Part shown: one piece after another, positions 43,015 to 52,449 of the stretch | Layout of the letters: the number at the start of each line of letters is the position of its first letter | How positions within the stretch are numbered: the stretch's first letter is position 1 | DNA from: an uncultured bacterium | GTDB taxonomy: Bacteria > Krumholzibacteriota > Krumholzibacteriia > Krumholzibacteriales > Krumholzibacteriaceae | Reading direction: 5' to 3' | Assembly (NCBI GenBank): GCA_963786935.1 | Contig: CAWBAN010000001.1 | Coordinates: forward strand, 864,001 to 928,000 | DNA: 64,000 bases | Position numbers and translations under genes: made by a program | Notes under the pieces: generated by a model | What the model was told of the DNA's origin: nothing | Seen by the model: the letters and a program-made list of their open reading frames with translations, nothing else | Databases searched by the model: none

Positions 43015-43233
43015 CTCCACGCCCTTTTAGGGCCGTTGGCCTATCTTATTGCATATAAATGCATTATAGCCTTCTCGGAGGGCGGCGGCGCACCGGCGCA
43101 AAGGCCCCGAAAACGTCCGGCGTCTTCATTCGTGAACGACGCATTGCGTAATACATGATTCCCGCGCGCCGGAGTTACGTTCGAGGGGGAATGAATACGA
43201 AGAATCGCGGACGGCCGCTCGCGTTCGCTTCGA

Positions 43234-44631
43234 TCAGATCGCGCTCGAGCTCAGACGCGACAGCCGCTCGAGCGTTTTGAAGAGCTCCCCGTGAGCCGCC
43301 GTGAACGCGACGTTGCGGCGATCCATCATGATCTTCGCCGTCTCCAGCGCCGCATCGAGCTCGAATCGCTCGAGCTCCGGTTCCAGCTTCCAGGAAAAGC
43401 TCGGCACGAATTTCGGGGGAAATCCGACGGAGATCACGCTCGCGTTGAAGCCGACGACGGTGCCCGTGTTGAGACGGGAGCCGATGGCGATCTTCGAATG
43501 GTCGCCGATCGTCGCGCCGAGAAACCGGCGCCCGGTGTCGCGCACGCGCCCCGCGCTCCACGCCCTGACGAGGCCGTAGTTGTTCTTGAGGTCGCTCGTG
43601 CAGCTCCCCGCGCCGATATTGACCCACGAGCCGATGTACGAGTGCCCCATGAATCCCTCATGCTGTTTGTTGCTGTACGAGGCGAAAACGCATTCCTCCA
43701 CCTCTCCGCCGATCTTGCACGACGTGCCGATCGTCGTGCCGTGGCCGATCTTCGCGCCCCCGCGGACGATCGAGCCTTCGCCGATCGAACACGGTCCGCA
43801 GATGATCGCGTTCGGCTCGATGCGCGCGTTGTTCGCGATGACGATCGCACCTTCGCTCGCGTCGAGCACCGTTCCCGAACGGACCTCGACCCCGGAGCCG
43901 ATCACGATGTCGTTTTCGTTGATGAGCTCAACGCCCTTGAACAGCTCCGTCTCGGGCGCGGTGCCGCGGAGGGGGTTCTTCTTGAAATCGTCGACGATGC
44001 AGTTCCGGTTCTCGCCGATCAGCTGCCAGTAGTGCGTGAGGAGCCGCACGCCGGTTTCCTCGAGCTTCACGCCGTTCTGCTGCGCCCACGCCCCGAGGGC
44101 CTTGCTTCGCGAAGCGCCCCGCTCCTCATCCCCGCTCTCGCGCGGCTTCCTCCCGTCCACGGCGGATGATCGCTTGATCTCCCTGATCGCCTTCTCGACG
44201 CTCTCGTCCGAGATCATCCCCCCGATGTAGGCGGCGAGGGAGGCGGCGCGGTCCCCGGGGAGCGAGGCCGCCACCACGGTGCCTTGCTTGTGGAGCGTGA
44301 CGCCGCTTTTCAGGGAGGCGCACAGATCGCTCAATTCGTCGTCGTAGGCGAGGAGGCGGCCGTTGAGAAAGAGGATTTCCCCTTCGGGGAGCTCGTTCAC
44401 GAGCGCCCCCCGCCCTCTCTCCCGCTCCTCTTCCCCGAGCACGCCGGCCAGATAGGGGCGGCAGAGAAGCGCCAGCGATTCCGGATTCAGCTCGTCGACG
44501 AGCCTGTTCCGGAAGGTCTGCGTTCCGATTCCGATATCGAAGACGGGGCGTCCGAGAGCGAGGGGAAAGAACGTCGGGAAGCGTTCGTCCTCAAACACGC
44601 AGAGAATGCGCGGCAACACATGAGAAGCCAT
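43234..44631 (-). CDS. GlmU-like putative sugar nucleotidyltransferase/acetyltransferase with hexapeptide repeats
   Basis: FPLALGRPVFDIGIG, NKQHEGFMGHSYIGSWVNIGAG...SDLKN.Y. Confidence 0.85.
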   Translation of the reverse strand: MASHVLPRILCVFEDERFPTFFPLALGRPVFDIGIGTQTFRNRLVDELNPESLALLCRPYLAGVLGEEERERGRGALVNELPEGEILFLNGRLLAYDDELSDLCASLKSGVTLHKQGTVVAASLPGDRAASLAAYIGGMISDESVEKAIREIKRSSAVDGRKPRESGDEERGASRSKALGAWAQQNGVKLEETGVRLLTHYWQLIGENRNCIVDDFKKNPLRGTAPETELFKGVELINENDIVIGSGVEVRSGTVLDASEGAIVIANNARIEPNAIICGPCSIGEGSIVRGGAKIGHGTTIGTSCKIGGEVEECVFASYSNKQHEGFMGHSYIGSWVNIGAGSCTSDLKNNYGLVRAWSAGRVRDTGRRFLGATIGDHSKIAIGSRLNTGTVVGFNASVISVGFPPKFVPSFSWKLEPELERFELDAALETAKIMMDRRNVAFTAAHGELFKTLERLSRLSSSAI

Positions 44632-44715
44632 GTCGACCGGGCCGGTCCCGGTTCGGGGGCGCCGGGCCGACGGCACGCCGGCACCCTCCGAGAGATGAGT
44701 GAATAAATAAAGAAA

Positions 44716-44791
44716 TGGTGGAGTTGACGGGGCTCGAACCCGTGACCTCTTGACTGCCAGTCAAGTGCTCTCCCAGTTGAGCTACAACCCC
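44716..44791 (-). tRNA. tRNA-Ala(GGC)
   Basis: GGGGTTGTAGCTCAACTGGGAGAGC ACTTGA CT-GGC-AG TCAAG...GGTTCGAGCCC...CTCCACCA; G3:U70; encoded CCA. Confidence 0.97.
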
Positions 44792-44857
44792 ATGCGGATA
44801 TAAGTTATCATGCAAAAGGCGGTCCAAGTCAAGGCGAAAGTTCGCCGGATTCCCATA

Positions 44858-44886
44858 TTGACGGTCGTGGGGAAAGACGATATCTT
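44858..44886 (+). promoter_or_regulatory. sigma70-like promoter of tRNA-Leu
   Basis: TTGACG-17 bp-TATCTT. Confidence 0.65.
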
Positions 44887-44914
44887 CTAGTGCCGAAGGC
44901 AGTTCCGCGAGCGT

Positions 44915-45001
44915 GCCGGAGTGGTGGAATTGGCAGACGCAGGGGACTCAAAATCCCCCGAGCGCAAGCTCATGAGGGTTCGATTCCCTCCTCCGGCACC
45001 A
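44915..45001 (+). tRNA. tRNA-Leu(CAA)
   Basis: GCCGGAG...GGGGA CT-CAA-AA TCCCC, long variable arm, GGTTCGATTCC, CTCCGGCACCA. Confidence 0.97.
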
Positions 45002-45033
45002 TACTATAGGGCCCGCGGCGCCCGAGGCGGGAT

Positions 45034-46761
45034 TCAGAAGCCGCTCGCCGCTCCGAGCTGTCGCGGCTGGTTCATCGAGGATTGCGCCTCGGCCGCCGGG
45101 CGCCGGTACGCCACCCATCCCGACCGGTTTTCCATCGCGCCGCAGACGATATCGGTGCAGGATCCGCCCGCCGCCGCGCTCAGGTCACCGAAGAATATCT
45201 TGAGAATGTCGGCGTGATCGATGACGACGTCGATCTTCTCATCGCAGAGGTAGCGATCGATCGTGCCGCTCTTCATCGCCTCGAACGCCTCGCGATTCAC
45301 CTTGCCGTCGAGGTTGATGATCTCGCGGCCCGAGAGGTAGCCGATCATCCCGCACTGGAACACGCCGATCCGCTCCCCCTTCTCCGTGTTTTCGTTCACC
45401 CACCGGGCGATATCGTAGAACGGGTAGATCGGCCGCGTCCGAAACGCCTGCGAGAACGAGAATAGGACAAACAGCGCCGCGTAGCCTGCGGCGGCGGCGA
45501 TCATCCCGCGCTTCAACGCGGAGGATCGGCTCCCGTACCAGTCCCGGATGTCCTGCAGGAAGAGGGCGAGATAAACGCAGGCGATGAGATAGACCGGATA
45601 GAAGTAACGGAGGAAGAAGAACATGCCGAACACGTACGTCGCGTACGACGCGATGAGAGCCGTCGAGAAGAGCGCGAGAAAATGCAGCTCCCCGCGGACT
45701 CTCTTGCGTTCGTCGCGCCGCCAGGCGAGCGCGGCGACGCCCGCGCCGCAGAGCGCGAGGAATCCGATCACGTTGCCCGCGGCGCGGAATCCGCCGGGCG
45801 AGCCGAGCATCGATCCGGCCCGGTCGATCAGCCGGAAGATCAGGTGCACGGGCGGAATGACCTTCAGCGTCGAGATCGCATGCGTCATATGGGCGGTGAT
45901 GAACCGGGCGTCGGGGCCCGCTCCCCCCATGTCCCCCGAGCCGTAGCCGAAGTACCCGGCGTACGCGAGCGAAAGAAGACGCGTGGCGCTGCCGCTGTCC
46001 TGCAGCGGGCTCCCGCAGACGGCCATAGTGACCGCGAGCCAGGGACCGTACAGAACGGCGATTCCGACCGGAACGAGGGAGAGCCGCGCGAGACGTCTCG
46101 CGGGTACCCGCGCGCGCCGCATCAGCACGAGGTAATCGAGCAGAATCACGAGGGCGAGCAGCGCCCCGTCGATGCGCGAGAGGATCGTGAGGCCGAGCAG
46201 AATCCCCAGCACCGCGAAACTCGAAGCGGGAGGATTCTCCCGCGAGCGAATCCGGCCGAGATAGTAGAACACGGAGACGGCGATCATGAACGAGGCGAGC
46301 GCCGTCTCGAGACCGTTCGCGGTCTGCTTCGTCACGATCGGCGAGAACGCCCAGATGAGCGCGGCGGCGAGCGACGCCCCCCATCCGACGTACCGGCGGC
46401 AGATGCGATAGAGAACGAAGGCCGTCAACGCGGTGAAAACGGCGAGCAGCGAGAGGGCGACGTAGATGGGAATCACGGGATCGTCGCCGGCGAGCGCGTA
46501 CGCAGGCACCAAAAGCATCACGTAGAGCGGCTGAAATCCCGTGGTCGAATGGATGCCGTCGAAGGTCGCGCCTTCGCCGGCCGCGATGTTCCGCGCGATA
46601 TTGAACGCGTAGAAGCTGTCGTCATAGAGGAAACCGTTCCTGGCGAGCGTCCCCATGTCCTGCCACGCGACAGCGAAATGAAAGACCAGAACGGCGAGCG
46701 CGGCGACGGCGATGAGCGCCGCCCGATGTTGCGCGAAAAACAAAAGCCCCCCCGATCGCAA
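45034..46761 (-). CDS. GT-C-fold (ArnT/PMT-like) membrane glycosyltransferase
   Basis: YDDSFY..NIARN, GFQPL, NGLET, LSRIDG, many TM helices. Confidence 0.7.
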   Translation of the reverse strand: MRSGGLLFFAQHRAALIAVAALAVLVFHFAVAWQDMGTLARNGFLYDDSFYAFNIARNIAAGEGATFDGIHSTTGFQPLYVMLLVPAYALAGDDPVIPIYVALSLLAVFTALTAFVLYRICRRYVGWGASLAAALIWAFSPIVTKQTANGLETALASFMIAVSVFYYLGRIRSRENPPASSFAVLGILLGLTILSRIDGALLALVILLDYLVLMRRARVPARRLARLSLVPVGIAVLYGPWLAVTMAVCGSPLQDSGSATRLLSLAYAGYFGYGSGDMGGAGPDARFITAHMTHAISTLKVIPPVHLIFRLIDRAGSMLGSPGGFRAAGNVIGFLALCGAGVAALAWRRDERKRVRGELHFLALFSTALIASYATYVFGMFFFLRYFYPVYLIACVYLALFLQDIRDWYGSRSSALKRGMIAAAAGYAALFVLFSFSQAFRTRPIYPFYDIARWVNENTEKGERIGVFQCGMIGYLSGREIINLDGKVNREAFEAMKSGTIDRYLCDEKIDVVIDHADILKIFFGDLSAAAGGSCTDIVCGAMENRSGWVAYRRPAAEAQSSMNQPRQLGAASGF

Positions 46762-46813
46762 TTATCTCCGATAGAAATCCTTCCGGATTGATATGCGGAA
46801 TTTCGTGCAAGGC

Positions 46814-46842
46814 ATTGTACAAGATAATGATGCGAAAGTCAA
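46814..46842 (-). promoter_or_regulatory. sigma70-like promoter
   Basis: TTGACT-17 bp-TACAAT. Confidence 0.65.
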
Positions 46843-46867
46843 CAGAGGCTTTCGAGGCGAGGGCGCT

Positions 46868-48904
46868 TTATCGAAACGAGATCGTCGCTTCCCGCCGCCC
46901 CTCCAGCTCGAGAAGAATGAAGGGAACCGGATCCCGAAGCCGTCTCACCGGCGAGATGCGGCACGGCGGCGACACGCGCAAGCCCTGGTCCCAGTGATAC
47001 TTCAGCAGCACGGATTTCGGCGCATCCCGGCCGGTCCCTCCCGCCACGGACACATGCAGAGAATCGTACCCCGATCGGACCGTTACTCCTGTCTCCGAGG
47101 CGAAACCCGAATACGGCGTCGTGACGCCGTACAACGCGAACGGTTTCGAAGACCAAAGCGCCGCCACATAGGGCAGGTCCTCGACATACGCGGCGCTCTC
47201 CGGTGTGGCCGTCAGTATCCAGCGGATGTTGTACAGATCGAGGTATCCGAGGAGCGTGTCCGCCGGCAGCTCCCGGAGCGGCATGCCCATGGTCAGCCGC
47301 GTTTGGAACGTCGCGAATGCGTGCTTGATGAACATGAACGGATACGGCCCCCCGATCTGTTCGATGCCGGTGAACAGGGGGATCATCGAGGGGAGATGGC
47401 TGTCTCCATACGCCCACGCCGGTCCGTCCTCGACCATGAGCCTCCCCGAGCGATCGGCATGCGCCTCGATCGCCTCGATAGCCCGCGTAACTTCGGGCGT
47501 GAGCGTCGTCGAAAGGGTGTGGCGGTAGAACGAGCGCGCTTCGAGGAGCCCGAGGGCCGGAATGCCCGCGAGGAACAGGATGACGACGGCGGCCCGCGCG
47601 GGGAGGAACGCGCGCGGCACGGCGATCGACGCCCGGGCGCGATCCACGATCCATCGCCCGCCGGCCCCGGCGAGCGGCGCCATGAACACGAACGCCGGCA
47701 CGAGAAAACGTCCCGGCTCCATCTGGTCGACGACCGGCAGCCGGGTTCCGAAAGCGGCGGTGAACAGGAAAAAGACGCACGAGACGGCCGGCGCGACGGC
47801 ATCGCCGCCGCGTCCCCGCCGCGCGAGTCCTCCACATCCCACCGCGGCGAGCGCGAGGAGCAGCAGCGCCGGAAGATTCCCCGGCTTGACCATGAGCGCG
47901 AGCAGCCCCCGCAACCCGTCGATCTGAAAAAAGGATTCCGAAGCCGTCTTGATATGGAGGTATCTGAAGAAGGGGACGAGCCAGAACACGTTAGCGGCAA
48001 GCACGATCAGGCACCAGAGCGCGAATCTCGCCGGAAGCGGCTTCCCCTCTTCCCCTCTTTTCTTCCGCTTCGTCCGGCGGCTTCCCCGGACGATCCAGAG
48101 CGCGACGAACGGAACCGGCAGCAGAACGGCGGCCGTCGGATGGATGAGAAACGCCAGGGCGCCGAGGGCGTAGAACCGGATCACGCGCTCTCCGTCGAGA
48201 AACGATCCGAACAGCCCGGCGATATACAGGGACAGATGGCACACGAAGAGGTACGCGAACATTCCGGCGTACCGGAAATCCCCCGCGTACGGCCTGCCCC
48301 AATGCCAGTACGCGAGAAAGACCAGCGTGCCGAGCACGGACTCCTCGGGATCGAAGCGCAGCCGCCGGCATCCCGCGTAGATCGTGACCGCCGCGAGCAG
48401 ATGCGCGAGCAGGATGAAGAGCTTGAACGAGCGCGCCGTATCGATGAATCGGAGCAGCGCGCACCAGAGCGATACCCCGACGGTGTCGATTTCGAACACG
48501 GTTCCTCCGGGATATCCCGCGAGGAAATAGGGATCGTACGCATCGAGCCTGAAGGATTTCCAGAACACCTCCCTTCCCCGCTCGACTTCGTAGAAGTGCA
48601 CCGCGTGATCGAGCGACAGGACCGGGCGATCGTTGGCGACGTCCTCGGGGGGGAAAAAGTACAGCGTCGCGATCACATGGCAGGCGACGAGGGCGATGAC
48701 GATCGCCGCGCCCCGCGCGCCCGACGCGTCCCACGCCCTCGCGAGCCGGATGAGCGGCCCGAGCGCGAGGAGCGCCGCCGCGCAGAGGAGCGCCGCGGGC
48801 AGCGCGATGCCCGCCGTTCCGAACCCCCGCGCCGCCGAGGCGACGCCCATCGCCGCGGCGCCGCCGAGCAGCCAGAAATCGATCGTTCGAAGCTTGCGTG
48901 CCAT
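46868..48904 (-). CDS. Polytopic membrane protein, probable GT-C glycosyltransferase
   Basis: DH..H.Y...YDPYFLAGYP luminal loop, about 12 TM helices, soluble C-terminus. Confidence 0.6.
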   Translation of the reverse strand: MARKLRTIDFWLLGGAAAMGVASAARGFGTAGIALPAALLCAAALLALGPLIRLARAWDASGARGAAIVIALVACHVIATLYFFPPEDVANDRPVLSLDHAVHFYEVERGREVFWKSFRLDAYDPYFLAGYPGGTVFEIDTVGVSLWCALLRFIDTARSFKLFILLAHLLAAVTIYAGCRRLRFDPEESVLGTLVFLAYWHWGRPYAGDFRYAGMFAYLFVCHLSLYIAGLFGSFLDGERVIRFYALGALAFLIHPTAAVLLPVPFVALWIVRGSRRTKRKKRGEEGKPLPARFALWCLIVLAANVFWLVPFFRYLHIKTASESFFQIDGLRGLLALMVKPGNLPALLLLALAAVGCGGLARRGRGGDAVAPAVSCVFFLFTAAFGTRLPVVDQMEPGRFLVPAFVFMAPLAGAGGRWIVDRARASIAVPRAFLPARAAVVILFLAGIPALGLLEARSFYRHTLSTTLTPEVTRAIEAIEAHADRSGRLMVEDGPAWAYGDSHLPSMIPLFTGIEQIGGPYPFMFIKHAFATFQTRLTMGMPLRELPADTLLGYLDLYNIRWILTATPESAAYVEDLPYVAALWSSKPFALYGVTTPYSGFASETGVTVRSGYDSLHVSVAGGTGRDAPKSVLLKYHWDQGLRVSPPCRISPVRRLRDPVPFILLELEGRREATISFR

Positions 48905-48932
48905 GGTGCGCGTCCCGCGAAGGGGGATCCGG

Positions 48933-51900
48933 TCAAAGCGCCTTCACGACGACGACGGTCATATCGTCGTGCTGCGGGGCGGATCCGACGAACCGCTGCA
49001 CGTCCGCGATGATCCGGTCCTTGATCTCGCCCGCCGACAGGGCGGACAGGTCGACGATTTCGAGAAAGCGCTTCAAACAATCGTAATCGTAATGCTCGAG
49101 CGAGCCGTTGCGCGCGTCCGTCACCCCGTCCGTGAACAGGACGAGCACGTCGCCGCGCTCCATGCGGACGCTCCGCTCCTCGTACGCCGTGTCCTGCAGC
49201 GCGCCGAGCGGAAACCGCGGCCCCGCGCTCTCGAGCGGGCGGACCGCATCCGCCGTCTTGAGCAGCGGGGCGAGGAATCCCGCGTTGGCGTACGCGAAGG
49301 TCCGGTGCGCCACATCGAGCGCGCCGAGCCAGAGCGCCGTGTACGTCTCTTCGTTCGTCTTGATGAACAGCGGACGGTTCAATCCCGTCAGCGCGGCGGC
49401 GGGCGAGAAATGTTCGTCCGCTTTCGACGATATCATGCCGTTCGACATGATCGCGATCATGGCCGCCTTCATCGCCTTTCCCGACACGTCGCCCACCGCG
49501 AGCCCGAATCTCGTGTGCCGCTCGTCCAGCCAGAAGTAATCGAAGAAATCCCCCCCCACCTCGTGCGCCGGTATGCAGGCGCCGGAGACGCCGAATCCCT
49601 CGACGACGGGATCGCCCTGGGGCATGATCGACATCTGCGCGTCGTGCGCCGCCCGCAGCTCCGCTTCGAGAAAGATGGAGGTGCGCCGCCTCCGTGCCCA
49701 CACGACGAGGAGCAGGGCCGCGAGCGCGACGGCGAGCGCCCTGAACCACCACGTCCCCCAGAACGGAGGCGTGATCGTGATGGCGACGGCGGTTCCCGCT
49801 TCGTTCCACACCCCGTCGTTGTTCGATCCCTTGACCCGGAACACGTACGCGCCCGGCCGCAGGGTGGTGTAGTTCGCGTAGCGCTTCGCCGCGTTCGTGT
49901 ACACCCAGTCCCGGTCGAGCCCCTCCATCCGGTACGCGTAGAGATTCTTTCCCGGCGCGGTGAAATCGAGGGCGGCGAACTCGAAGGAGAACACGTAATC
50001 CCGGTACGAGAGCTTCACCTCTTTCAGCTCCGACACGGGCACATCCGTTTTCGCCTCGCGGTTGAGCTTCGTGAAGGACGTGATGACCACCGGGGGGATG
50101 TACGCGTTGTCCCTGATCCGCTCGGGGAAGAACGCGTTGAATCCGTTGATGCCGCCGAAGAACATCTCGCCGCTGCGGCCCTTGAAATACGCGCCGGCGT
50201 CGAACTCCTTGCTCTGAAGCCCGTCCTGCGCCGTGTAGTTCTTGAAGAACTCCGTTTTCGGATTGAACCGCGAGAGTCCGTTGTTCGTGCTGATCCAGAG
50301 ATTCCCGTCCCCGTCCTCGAGCATGCCGTAGATCGCGTTGCTCGCGAGGCCGTCCCGGTCGGTATACCGCCTGACCGTCCCCCGGACCCGGTCGAGTTTC
50401 TGGAGGCCTCCCCCCCACGTGGCGATCCAGAGATCCCCGGCCTTCGATTCGTAGAGGGACATGATGAATTGCTCGTTGACGGCGCTCGAATCGGCGGAGC
50501 TTCCTCCCCGCCGCTCGAACGTTCGGCCGCGCCGGTCGAAGGTGCTGAGCCCGCCGCCCTGCGTGCCGACCCAGTACGTCCCCGCGGCGTCCTGATAGAT
50601 CGTCCGCACGAAATCGTTGCTGAGGCTCGACGGATCGTTCGGATCGTGCCGGTAGACGGTGAATTTCCTCGAGGCGGGGTCGAACGCATTCATCCCGCCG
50701 CCGTTCGTCCCGATCCAGAGCAGGCCGTCCCGGTCGATGAAAATGCACCGGATCTCGTCGTTGCTGAGGCTCGACGGATCGTTCGGATCGTGCCGGTACG
50801 CGGTGAACCGCCCCGTCCGCGGATCGAACGCGTCGACGCCGCCGCCGTTCGTCCCGATCCAGAGAATTCCCGAACGATCCGGAGTGATCACCCGCACGAT
50901 ATCGCTGCTGAGGCTCGCGGGATCGCGCGAATCGTGCCGGTAATGGCGGAATTCGTTCCTCCGCCGGTCGAGCCGGTCCAATCCGCCCCCGTGGGTGCCG
51001 ATCCACAGGATCCCGTCCTCATCCTCGTACAGCGACCAGACGAATTCGTGGCTCAGGCTGTTCGGGTTGTTCGTCTCCCGCTTGAAATGGGCGAATTCCT
51101 TTTTCTTCGTGTCGTAGGCGCTGATGCCCCCGCCCCACGTGCCGATCCAGAGCACGCCGGACCGGTCTTCGCACAGCGCGAAGATCTCGTTGTAGCTGAG
51201 GCTGAGGGGATCGAGCGGATCGTTTCGATACGCCGTGAACGTGCCCGTGCTCCGGTCGAAACGATTGAGCCCCCCCTTGTTCGTGCCGACCCAGAGCATC
51301 GACGTGTGGTCTTCGAGAATCGAATAAACCCCGTTGTTGCTCAGGCTCGAGGGATCGGCGGGATCGTTCCGATAGCGGGTGAAATCCCTCGTCCTCGGAT
51401 CGAACGAGTTCAAGCCGTTCTCCGTGCCGATCCAGATGGTCCCCGCGCGGTCGCGATAGATGGATCGAACGGCGTTGTCGCTCAAACTGCGCGGGTCGCC
51501 GGGCACGTTCCGGAAACGCGTCGATTCCCCCGTGGCCCGGTCGAACCGGTTGAGCCCGTCGTCGGTGCCGATCCAGAGGAATCCCGACCGGTCTTCGACG
51601 ATCCCCCGCACCGCGTCGTTCGAGAGGCTCCGCGGATTGCGGGCATCGTGATGGTACTGGACGAACGTGCCCGTCGTCCGGTTGAAACGGTTCAATCCGC
51701 CGTCCGTGCCGACCCAGAGCGTGCCTCTGCTGTCTTCGTAGATCGTCCGCACGAGATCGTGGCTGAGGCTGCGCGGATCCCCCGCGGCCGCTCGGTAGCT
51801 TGTGAACCGGTCGGTCGCGGGATCGAAGCTGTTGAGCCCGCCGTTGAACAGGCCGATCCAGATCAGGCCCGAGCGATCCTCGCAGAGCGAAAGCACCCAA

Positions 51901-52205
51901 TTGCCGTTCAGGCTGTTCGGATTCGCCGGATCCTGCCGTAGAACGGTGAACTTGTAGCCGTCGAATTTGTTCAGGCCGTCCTGCGTGCCGAACCACATGA
52001 ATCCCTTGCTGTCCTGCAGGATGCATTCGACGATGCTCTGCGAAAGGCCCTGCTCGATCGAGAGACGGGCGAAGACGACCGCCTCGAGCTGCGCGCCGGC
52101 GCCGCTCGACGCGCCCGGGACGGCGCAGAGAAACGCCGCGAGCGCGAGCGCGGCCTTCCCGATCGCTCCCGTCCGGTTTCCGCGCGGGCGGGGATCTCGC
52201 TCCAT
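48933..52205 (-). CDS. Periplasmic beta-propeller sensor (Reg_prop repeats + Y_Y_Y) fused to SpoIIE/PP2C phosphatase
   Basis: About 14 SLS...v..iyeD..G.LWiGT..GLn repeats, YAYRMEG..YT.L.PG.Y, TM; GGDFFD, GDVSGK, FTDG, DDMT. Confidence 0.9.
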   Translation of the reverse strand: MERDPRPRGNRTGAIGKAALALAAFLCAVPGASSGAGAQLEAVVFARLSIEQGLSQSIVECILQDSKGFMWFGTQDGLNKFDGYKFTVLRQDPANPNSLNGNWVLSLCEDRSGLIWIGLFNGGLNSFDPATDRFTSYRAAAGDPRSLSHDLVRTIYEDSRGTLWVGTDGGLNRFNRTTGTFVQYHHDARNPRSLSNDAVRGIVEDRSGFLWIGTDDGLNRFDRATGESTRFRNVPGDPRSLSDNAVRSIYRDRAGTIWIGTENGLNSFDPRTRDFTRYRNDPADPSSLSNNGVYSILEDHTSMLWVGTNKGGLNRFDRSTGTFTAYRNDPLDPLSLSYNEIFALCEDRSGVLWIGTWGGGISAYDTKKKEFAHFKRETNNPNSLSHEFVWSLYEDEDGILWIGTHGGGLDRLDRRRNEFRHYRHDSRDPASLSSDIVRVITPDRSGILWIGTNGGGVDAFDPRTGRFTAYRHDPNDPSSLSNDEIRCIFIDRDGLLWIGTNGGGMNAFDPASRKFTVYRHDPNDPSSLSNDFVRTIYQDAAGTYWVGTQGGGLSTFDRRGRTFERRGGSSADSSAVNEQFIMSLYESKAGDLWIATWGGGLQKLDRVRGTVRRYTDRDGLASNAIYGMLEDGDGNLWISTNNGLSRFNPKTEFFKNYTAQDGLQSKEFDAGAYFKGRSGEMFFGGINGFNAFFPERIRDNAYIPPVVITSFTKLNREAKTDVPVSELKEVKLSYRDYVFSFEFAALDFTAPGKNLYAYRMEGLDRDWVYTNAAKRYANYTTLRPGAYVFRVKGSNNDGVWNEAGTAVAITITPPFWGTWWFRALAVALAALLLVVWARRRRTSIFLEAELRAAHDAQMSIMPQGDPVVEGFGVSGACIPAHEVGGDFFDYFWLDERHTRFGLAVGDVSGKAMKAAMIAIMSNGMISSKADEHFSPAAALTGLNRPLFIKTNEETYTALWLGALDVAHRTFAYANAGFLAPLLKTADAVRPLESAGPRFPLGALQDTAYEERSVRMERGDVLVLFTDGVTDARNGSLEHYDYDCLKRFLEIVDLSALSAGEIKDRIIADVQRFVGSAPQHDDMTVVVVKAL
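50614..50798. repeat. Coding direct repeats with 144-bp period
   Basis: Identical 41-mer at 50614-50654 and 50758-50798. Confidence 0.85.
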
Positions 52206-52378
52206 TCCGATGACCTCCCGATGCGGCGCCCGCTCGGCGCGCGCGGTTCGAACAGCGCCCCGGCCGGGCGCGGCTTGCATCCACTCCAGCGGCCCCCCAT
52301 TCTATACGATAGCGCCCGCAGCGACAACATCGCAATGCGCGGGCGTCATCGGCGGCCGGCGGCTCCCGGATATATGCC

Positions 52379-52407
52379 TTGACCGTGGCGGCTTCGGGCC
52401 ATAGCAT
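52379..52407 (+). promoter_or_regulatory. sigma70-like promoter
   Basis: TTGACC-17 bp-TAGCAT. Confidence 0.55.
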
Positions 52408-52449
52408 TAATTGGCTTCGCGCGGAAGCGCCCCGTCAGGAGGATATGCG

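Noticed and set aside
42731..43015. 94-aa ORF across the hairpin
   Set aside because: Atypical codon usage, no recognisable motif; the region is better explained by RNA structure and promoters, though not strictly excluded.
42660..43230. oriC or dif site in the AT-rich gap
   Set aside because: No TTATCCACA-type boxes; the TATAA-atgca-TTATA dyad has a 5-bp spacer and no XerD arm.
44811..44826. GG-N10-GC motif (TGGACC-N5-TTGCA) upstream of tRNA-Ala
   Set aside because: Poor -24 match and it lies in the spacer of a TTGACT sigma70-like promoter.
50200..52000. Regular ~140-bp repeats resembling a CRISPR array
   Set aside because: In-frame Reg_prop coding repeats; no cas genes or unique spacers.
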